A stretch of DNA of 64,000 nucleotides from Candidatus Aenigmatarchaeota archaeon (lineage in GTDB: Archaea > Aenigmatarchaeota > Aenigmatarchaeia > GW2011-AR5). Within the stretch, counting starts at the first letter, position 1, and each line of letters starts with the position of its first letter. Of the stretch, positions 57,323 through 64,000 are shown piece by piece. A model generated the notes under the pieces. That model ran no database searches. It had not been told where the DNA came from and saw only the letters and a program-made list of their open reading frames with translations. Location of the stretch: assembly GCA_016198685.1 (NCBI GenBank), contig JACQID010000004.1, positions 128,001-192,000 of the forward strand. Reading direction: 5' to 3'. The position numbers were made by a program, and so were the translations under genes.

Positions 57323-57739
57323 ATGAATCCCGTGCCACAATACGAGTTTACCAGTTTTCTTGCATGGAAATTAGATGAAATGGGAGTCCGGTATTCTATA
57401 GAAAGGAAACCCGATGATCAATGGGACGGTGAGTATATTACCTTCCGGTTTGAGAAGAACCCGAATGTTCAAAGCATACGGGTTAGGATAATGGGGGAAT
57501 TTTCTCCTGACGCATTTAGAAGTATGGGAGCATATTCTCAAATGGCGAATGTTGAAGCAGGTGGAGAACCTGATGAACTCATTGATTCTTACAAGCTCGA
57601 AATAGGTCAAAATATCATTAGTACGCCTATTCTGCAAACTTATGGCGAAAAAAGCCGCAATATGGAGGAAGAAAGGTTATCACTCCTATATGCTCATTGG
57701 GAAAGTTTTCTTGAGGATGCATTCAGGTCCGTCCAGTAA
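57323..57739 (+). CDS. Hypothetical protein (138 aa)
   Basis: Free-standing ORF; no motif recognised. Confidence 0.55.
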   Translation: MNPVPQYEFTSFLAWKLDEMGVRYSIERKPDDQWDGEYITFRFEKNPNVQSIRVRIMGEFSPDAFRSMGAYSQMANVEAGGEPDELIDSYKLEIGQNIISTPILQTYGEKSRNMEEERLSLLYAHWESFLEDAFRSVQ

Positions 57740-58040
57740 ATACTGCATTTCATTTCTCTGATTATTGCATTCAAGTCCGGAAATTCTTAAGTATTGCAGG
57801 CGGTCATCACTCTATATGCACAGTATGGGGGTGCCTTGATGGGAAAGAAAAAGTAAATTCTCTAAAATAATCATATAGAATCGGTGAATTTTTTCTTTTT
57901 TGTTTTCCTTTATCGTGTTTTTGTAAGACCATATTCAGATAACACGTTCCAATTTTTGTGGGATCATCGTGGTTTTTGCGTTTTTTATTTTTTCATTGAA
58001 TAGTAACAATATTTTATGAGGTGATTATGAGGGGGCGCCT

Positions 58041-58148
58041 ATGAAATGCCCGCGTTGTTCAAATGAGATGGTCAATGACACAGGACTCATCTACTGCAGA
58101 AAATGTAATTATTTCTGGGAAGATTATAAGATTGATCTTATGAGCTAA
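58041..58148 (+). CDS. 35-aa Zn-ribbon microprotein (not in ORF track)
   Basis: GAGGGGG upstream; MKCPRCSNEMVNDTGLIYCRKCNYFWEDYKIDLMS. Confidence 0.65.
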   Translation: MKCPRCSNEMVNDTGLIYCRKCNYFWEDYKIDLMS

Positions 58149-58176
58149 GTAAAATTTTATCCTGAATCATAAGACA

Positions 58177-59307
58177 TTACTCTATCAATTTTTGTGCATT
58201 GCCGTACGCAAATTTTTCCTGAACTGAAATATCAAGGCGTGCGATGAATGCGCGAGTGTAAGTATTCAACGTAACTGCAACGTCTTCGTCCAATGACCAA
58301 GGGGCACTCCAGCCTCTGTCAGTCCCCCAGAGAACCTGGTCCGGATGCCTTTCTATAAAGCCTTTCCACGTTGCAACATCCTGCGCAAGAAGCAGTTCAG
58401 GATTATTGAAGTGTTGTAGGAATTGCTGTTTGCTAACTTGTGGTCTCAATAGCCATGTGTCGCCATAAAGTTCGTCCACGCCGTAGTAGGCATTGGAATG
58501 CTTGTATAGTATATCCTCTATCTCCGATAAGTTCTGCCCTTCACCGCTTCCGGCTATGAGTTGGTCTCCGTGCCAGATGAAATTTATATCCGGATTCGCT
58601 TCCAGCACGCGTTCAAAGCTTTTTTTCTGCCCTTCTCCAAGGTGGACATACACAATGAGATTGTTTCGTCTCACTACAGGATAGATGTCCGTAAGTCTCT
58701 CTGAATCCGGAGGAAGCTCGGCTGCCCCGCCTTGACGTGCATATAGTCCTATCTCGCCATACCCTTGAAACATGCCTGGGTAAACTGAAAGCATTTCTTC
58801 AAGGGCGCCTGCCTTGACTGTAGGATAGCCGCCAGGCGAGTTGTCGCTATCAGGCGGCATTATGAAAGGCACGAATCTTCCAGGATATTTTCCCAGCGTT
58901 TGATTGACGATTGCGAGGGAATCTGTTATTATCGGATCCCATACGGGAAAGAATGCAAAGACCTTGCTCGTGTTTTCCTGATCCATCATGCAGACATAGT
59001 CTCCCATCCTGAGGTTCACTCCCATCAGAGGATGATCATTTTCATTCGGCTGTCCGAAAACCGGCCCGTCAGGTATCGCCGCTATGTGTATGTGCGTGTC
59101 TATCATAGGACCTTTATAGTACGAATCGTTCAATGCGGGTACCTGAATTAATGAGCAATTCGATTCTCCAAAAACGGCCTCGATGCGTTGATCCCCTTCA
59201 AAATTTTGCATTATCGATTCTGGTATCGTCTCTGCAAAAAGTAGTGTTCCTATAATAATCAACAAAAGAATTATGCCTATTATTGCATGATTTTTTGGCA
59301 TTTTCAT
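58177..59307 (-). CDS. Amidohydrolase-superfamily (TIM barrel) metallohydrolase with N-terminal signal/anchor
   Basis: IDTHIH, GYGEIG, VYVH, IWHG, WGTD. Confidence 0.8.
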   Translation of the reverse strand: MKMPKNHAIIGIILLLIIIGTLLFAETIPESIMQNFEGDQRIEAVFGESNCSLIQVPALNDSYYKGPMIDTHIHIAAIPDGPVFGQPNENDHPLMGVNLRMGDYVCMMDQENTSKVFAFFPVWDPIITDSLAIVNQTLGKYPGRFVPFIMPPDSDNSPGGYPTVKAGALEEMLSVYPGMFQGYGEIGLYARQGGAAELPPDSERLTDIYPVVRRNNLIVYVHLGEGQKKSFERVLEANPDINFIWHGDQLIAGSGEGQNLSEIEDILYKHSNAYYGVDELYGDTWLLRPQVSKQQFLQHFNNPELLLAQDVATWKGFIERHPDQVLWGTDRGWSAPWSLDEDVAVTLNTYTRAFIARLDISVQEKFAYGNAQKLIE

Positions 59308-59466
59308 TAGTCTATATGACTGCCTCTTATAAAGATATATGACCTCCCCATTTTTTGAATAAAAATTCTAATAGGTACATGGCTTTTCCGAAGGGAGAAA
59401 AAAATAATTTATTAACAAATTGCCGGATTAATAAGGAATTTTGTATCCTTTGCAGCTAATTCCTCT

Positions 59467-60339
59467 TTATTGCCTGGAAGACCGCATTTCATAACTAATC
59501 AGAGGATGCGTCTTTGCAAGATTGAGCCATCGTCTATCCGGAACCGCCAAGCCTTCTTCTGTCATTATATAGGGGCCGGATTCAAGGGCGGATCTTATTT
59601 GATGCCTGTATTCTTGCGGCAATTCTGCGCGGCCTGTAATCCGCACATTGTTGTCGCCTGTCTGCATATCTACGCCAAACGAGTTGTTGCCGTCATTGAA
59701 ATACTCCAGTTGGAACGCATCATTTGTATATGGGAATGCGACTTCTTTTGGTCTATATCGCCTATTTGTGTTATGTTCCCAAATGCGTCCGTTTGACGCA
59801 ATTTGCAGTAATTGGGCCGGACCGACAACATAGATCATGGCGAGTGTACTGCCGTTTGGGAGCCTGCCGGATTCTACTTCTTCATCATAGTGATAGGCTA
59901 CTGAATTTGGATAAGTGCCGTTTGCCACGTTGTTAAAATTAATGTATGCCTCTGGATTCTCGGGATGAAATGCGTTTGAGGTATCTGGAAGTATTCCTAA
60001 GATTGCCTGGGTAATGACGTCTCTGCCCCTTTGTGACGTATGAATGGACATTACATCTCCAAGTATCTGGATTGCATACGCTTCAGTTGGGGTGAAAGTT
60101 TCTTGATTCGGCGGTATGTTAACGCCAGGGAACATACGCTTTGCGCCAATAATTGCATTATTCGCGTATGCGATGATCATGTCATGGATATCGCTATTTT
60201 CCTCATCAAAGTTTTTAACTGGGGCAGTCAGAATGTCAAATTCCAGAGGCTTATAATGCCGGGTTTTGATTTCATAGCCTTCGGACAGCAATTTATCGAT
60301 TAGCGATCCAAATCCGTAATCTCTTGTTCCGTCGGGCAT
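59467..60339 (-). CDS. Hypothetical protein (290 aa)
   Basis: Long free-standing ORF; no motif recognised. Confidence 0.65.
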   Translation of the reverse strand: MPDGTRDYGFGSLIDKLLSEGYEIKTRHYKPLEFDILTAPVKNFDEENSDIHDMIIAYANNAIIGAKRMFPGVNIPPNQETFTPTEAYAIQILGDVMSIHTSQRGRDVITQAILGILPDTSNAFHPENPEAYINFNNVANGTYPNSVAYHYDEEVESGRLPNGSTLAMIYVVGPAQLLQIASNGRIWEHNTNRRYRPKEVAFPYTNDAFQLEYFNDGNNSFGVDMQTGDNNVRITGRAELPQEYRHQIRSALESGPYIMTEEGLAVPDRRWLNLAKTHPLISYEMRSSRQ

Positions 60340-60754
60340 GTTATCGGCAAAAATTTAACAGAAGACTATTTAAAACTATAAAATTTAACTACTTTTAAGA
60401 AATAACAGTTTATCCACCGGCTAGTTGGAATAAGCGTGCATTGCAAGAAAGTCCAAAATCAGATAGGAATTTGAGTGTCAACATAGAAGCGGTCGCCATT
60501 TATGCTAATAAGCTTGTGTAAATTACTTGCTTGATGACTGATTACGCACTGTCACTAAAAAAAGCGCGAGAGTTTTCTCAAGCGAACACAAATTATGCAT
60601 GGAAAATATCTGGTGGCGAAAAAAGGAGGAAGATGTTGTCAGATGGCTTTGATAATGTAGTTTATGCCGCCAGTGCAGTCAAGAATAAGTCTGATAAGAA
60701 ATAGAATGCTCATGAATTTCTCGAATTTATATAGGCATTTAATCGTTTTGAATA

Positions 60755-61351
60755 GTGACAATTATGAGAAACGGAAGAAGGGTTAGTTCATTCAACGAAT
60801 ACTTGGAAGCCTTGCCGCCAAAAGAAGCTCATATGGTAGCACAATACAGAAAAATCGCAGGCGTATACAATCTTCTTTGGCATGAAATCACGGTCAGAAC
60901 ATATAACAGCGAATGGAGAAAGGACGGCGTAGGCAGTTGCGGGATTGATAAGGCAACATCCGAAGACTTGCTGGAAGGAAGTTGCGGAAGTAATATAATC
61001 TCACTTCGTGAGAGAAAGAATTACGAGACTCCCGGCCGGAGCATGGCCTGTCCCTATCATAGACCGGATAGAGGCTGCATTCTTGAAGAGCTTAAGAGTC
61101 CAAGATGTCTTGACCATGTCGATTACCGTCATGACGCTGAAATAAAGGAGAGATTTGGCATAGAAGTTCCTGAAATGAGAACGGCGCTCAGAATAATTCA
61201 GCTTGGCGGAAGGAATCCCAAGGAAGGTGACTTTGAACTGAAGCCGCATCTGAATGATGATTTTGTTGAAGAAACATATAGGCAAACGATGGAAATAATA
61301 AACCATGTCAGGAACTTTCCCGTGCTGCATCCAGAAGAACTGTTAATATAA
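60755..61351 (+). CDS. Hypothetical Cys-containing protein, weakly YkgJ-like
   Basis: SCG..SCG and CPYH...GCILEELKSPRC pattern. Confidence 0.55.
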   Translation: MTIMRNGRRVSSFNEYLEALPPKEAHMVAQYRKIAGVYNLLWHEITVRTYNSEWRKDGVGSCGIDKATSEDLLEGSCGSNIISLRERKNYETPGRSMACPYHRPDRGCILEELKSPRCLDHVDYRHDAEIKERFGIEVPEMRTALRIIQLGGRNPKEGDFELKPHLNDDFVEETYRQTMEIINHVRNFPVLHPEELLI

Positions 61352-61493
61352 ATGCCCCATTATTCATGAGTGCAAAGAATCCAGACATTAATACTTGGAT
61401 CCCCTGACTGGGCAGAATGCGGCTATTCTATATGCTTCTCCTGTTTTTTGTATGGCTGGCAGAGTATTTAAAAATCAAAAAGCTGGTTAATCT

Positions 61494-62693
61494 ATGAAGA
61501 AGCTATTAGTTTTGTATTTTTTTATAGCACTTTCTGCTGTAAGCTATGCCGAATGTAGCTATTCTGCTTCAATAGAGACGGAGATTGAGGCTTTAGATAG
61601 TCAAGGGACAACAAACTATCAGTTTCCTACTTTCCGAGAAGATGATTATCTCGCCTTAAAGTGGTTAAGAATAAGAAACACTGGTAATTGCACCTTAGAA
61701 AACCCAGAGTTTTTATTTCAATTACAAAACAATATAGAAGAAAAGGACGAGGTATTCTGCTTTGTCAAGAGTGTATTTACAGTCCCAGAAAACATAACGC
61801 CCGGAGGCATTTATGAAATTAAGAGGTTGCCCGATAAGTTTCAATATAACTACCAAGACTCTTCTGGAAGAGAAAAAAGCTACTGTCCTGAAAAGCTTGA
61901 CGCACCCGGCAGATGGGAAATAAGCATAAAGCCAGACCCTCTTAGTCATAATCCGACAAACCCAGGTGGTTATAGTCTTCTGATTCACGGAAGGCACGTA
62001 TCCAACTCAAGCTTTCGGGTTTACAGCAGTCTTGAGTTGAGTTTAGCAGACGCAGCCAAACAGTCCAATTTTCTTGCTCAAGTGGCTATAATGGCAGCTT
62101 TTTCGGCCATAATAATAACAGTTGGATTGGAGCGATGGAAACAAAAAAAGGAAGAAGACAAACACAAGGAAAAACAAGTTAGCTTGCTAAAATCATTGGC
62201 CTTTGAGATAAGTCAAATAAAAAATAACTCGGAAAGTTTTGACAAAATATTCAAACTAAACGAAGAAAAAATAATGAAGAAATATGGACAGGTTGTAGTA
62301 TCTCAATATCCAATAAGAGCACTGGATGCAGCATTTTACATAAGAAACTTAGATGAGAAAATAGAAGGAAAAACCACTGCACTTTTGAAGAGGAACCTTA
62401 TGAGACTTGAAGATAAAATATGGCTTGTAAATGATAGCTGGCTTCAAGTAAAAAATGCTATGGTCGGTAAAGATTTAGACCATGCTAAATATGTAATAGA
62501 AGAATTCTATAAAAAAATAGACACCCGCTATGGAAAGACTGGAGGCCACGCAAAAACAGATATGGATAATTTAGTAGAAATAATACAGGATTTATTAAGA
62601 AAGCGCTTTGGTATATCAGAGCCTTTGGTTGAAGAAGAGGTACTCTTTGAACTAATGAAACAGAACTCCTATGAAGAAAGGCCTACATCGTAA
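61494..62693 (+). CDS. Bitopic membrane protein: signal peptide, extracellular domain, TM, cytoplasmic helical domain
   Basis: MKKLLVLYFFIALSAVSYA; VAIMAAFSAIIITVGL; A-rich coding sequence. Confidence 0.7.
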   Translation: MKKLLVLYFFIALSAVSYAECSYSASIETEIEALDSQGTTNYQFPTFREDDYLALKWLRIRNTGNCTLENPEFLFQLQNNIEEKDEVFCFVKSVFTVPENITPGGIYEIKRLPDKFQYNYQDSSGREKSYCPEKLDAPGRWEISIKPDPLSHNPTNPGGYSLLIHGRHVSNSSFRVYSSLELSLADAAKQSNFLAQVAIMAAFSAIIITVGLERWKQKKEEDKHKEKQVSLLKSLAFEISQIKNNSESFDKIFKLNEEKIMKKYGQVVVSQYPIRALDAAFYIRNLDEKIEGKTTALLKRNLMRLEDKIWLVNDSWLQVKNAMVGKDLDHAKYVIEEFYKKIDTRYGKTGGHAKTDMDNLVEIIQDLLRKRFGISEPLVEEEVLFELMKQNSYEERPTS

Positions 62694-62728
62694 ATATTGC
62701 AAATTCCACAAGATTCCCGTCAGGAGCA

Positions 62729-63406
62729 TCAGCGAGGCGGTGGCAGGGCATATAGTGAAGGTTTGCCCGGTGTCTTCACAAGGTGTCCGTTTCGGACAAG
62801 ATTCTCCAAACGCCTATAAAACGCCGTTTCTGACAACCCTATGTATCTGGCATCTTTTGTTGTGACAGAACCCCTCGACCTTACAAAATCAAGGATAGCA
62901 GACTCAGTGAGATATTTTCTTAAAGGAGTAGGCGTAGGGGAGAGCATACCCTTATGGAGAGTGTCCATAGAGGCCATACTGGAAGGAACTTTAATGTGAA
63001 TATCATTGTAGCCTCTGCATCCTCGTGAACTTATCCAGATGGGAATTTCTCCCATTTGAGTAACTCGTAACGTAAACCCCACTGTCCCATGAAAACGCCG
63101 GAAATGAGCTCCCACTTCAGGAGTCTTCAGTTTCATACAGAACATCTTGTAGGAATCTGGGCCCAAATGCTTTTTCATAACTTTCTTCACCTCATTTTCA
63201 TCCAAATCCGTATCAAACGTAACCCGTCCATTAGCGAGGGAAATCATAACCTTGCCTACAGACGGAACATGAAAGCAAACATTCTTTGCCCTGTCCTTGG
63301 GAGACGGTTCTTTCTTCGTTGCGTATTCTTCCCACGTTTCCGCCAAAAGTGCTGAAGCTTCTTTTTCTATCTGCGAAACGTGCCGGAAGCCGTGCTTTGA
63401 CCTCAT
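62729..63406 (-). CDS. Protein with C-terminal winged-helix DNA-binding domain
   Basis: AILDFVRSRGSVTTKD..IGLSETAFYRRLENLVRNGHL. Confidence 0.65.
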   Translation of the reverse strand: MRSKHGFRHVSQIEKEASALLAETWEEYATKKEPSPKDRAKNVCFHVPSVGKVMISLANGRVTFDTDLDENEVKKVMKKHLGPDSYKMFCMKLKTPEVGAHFRRFHGTVGFTLRVTQMGEIPIWISSRGCRGYNDIHIKVPSSMASMDTLHKGMLSPTPTPLRKYLTESAILDFVRSRGSVTTKDARYIGLSETAFYRRLENLVRNGHLVKTPGKPSLYALPPPR

Positions 63407-63684
63407 ATTTCAGCCTCCTTTAAGACGAGATAGTGGTATGGTCGTATCTCCAGCATTCCCATCTGGCGCATAAGCTTTAGGAATTGGAAGTGCGACTTTT
63501 TCGGTATCCGATAAATTGCGCCCAAGATGTGATAAGCCTGCGAGAACTTCAGCTTGCGGTTAGCCGGGTTGTCTTTTGTGGCTTCCTTAAGCAGGCGTTC
63601 GTGAACATTGACAAGATACTGCCGGGGCAATCCGTCACACTTAAGAGCCGTCAGTGTATTCTTCTTCATAGTTAAGACCGTCAC
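63403..63684 (-). CDS. Small basic protein, possible winged helix
   Basis: FSQAYHILG..YRIPK...FLKLMRQMGMLEI; ATGA overlap with the next gene. Confidence 0.55.
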   Translation of the reverse strand: MTVLTMKKNTLTALKCDGLPRQYLVNVHERLLKEATKDNPANRKLKFSQAYHILGAIYRIPKKSHFQFLKLMRQMGMLEIRPYHYLVLKEAEI

Positions 63685-63794
63685 GAGGCTTTCTCTTGGT
63701 CTCCTTCAGCCATCCCTGAAGGAGCGCCATTGTTTTCTCCATGCCGTCATAGAGGTTACGCCGGTTTTAAGATGTTTTTCACACAAATCTGTTG

Positions 63795-64000
63795 ATGGAA
63801 GATTTGCTAAAGGGTTTACCTCCAGATGGCGAAAAAGAAGTAGCTAATCATTTTCTGAAATATGGAAAGTGGATAGGCAACGGAGTAGAAGCCAAAAGAG
63901 TGCGAGAGAGGGCAAACAAAGAAAATATCATAAACTGCCTTAAGGATATCAGGCTTCTGCTTAAATTTGTAAAATCTTCAGAAAGGGATGAAATAGAAGG
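63795..64000 (+). CDS. 3'-truncated ORF running off the window
   Basis: MEDLLKGLPPDGEKEVANHFLKYGKWIGNGVEAKRVRERANKENIINCLKDIRLLLKFVKSSERDEIE... with no stop before the window end. Confidence 0.5.
   Translation, partial: MEDLLKGLPPDGEKEVANHFLKYGKWIGNGVEAKRVRERANKENIINCLKDIRLLLKFVKSSERDEIE

Noticed and set aside
60534-60704. 56-codon ORF in the gap between 60339 and 60755
   Set aside because: No SD or motif, and it cannot be distinguished from chance.

Overview
This is an archaeal chromosomal window, most likely from a DPANN-type lineage. That assignment is inferred from the archaeal information-processing genes, many short hypothetical proteins, divergent RNA polymerase motifs and intron-bearing tRNAs. 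Core content: the end of a cdc6/orc1-like gene, alaX, ppdK, HIT-uvrB-uvrA-uvrC, dnaJ, dnaK-grpE-hsp20, groES-groEL, and the rpoH-rpoB-rpoA'-rpoA''-L30e-nusA / S12-S7-EF2 cluster. RNA genes: a lone 5S rRNA and three intron-containing tRNAs (Trp, Lys, and Asp with a T-loop intron). Several real-looking small genes are absent from the ORF track: a 56-aa histone-fold protein, a 57-aa half-SWIB protein and a 35-aa Zn-ribbon. The best candidate for an undescribed system is at 20.7-25.9 kb: an intact RimK-type ATP-grasp ligase, a catalytically eroded RimK paralog and three paralogous Zn-carboxypeptidase-fold (N-formylglutamate amidohydrolase-like) hydrolases, read here as a possible peptide/glutamylation writer-eraser module. 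Other notable items: the RNAP trigger-loop His is replaced; PPDK has an eroded ATP site but intact PEP and His domains; an adenylate-forming enzyme is fused to an apparently permuted GNAT-like domain; and there is an exported DUF151 plus Lon-protease-domain pair. No CRISPR array or IS element was seen. All family assignments come from reading motifs by eye; no database searches were run.
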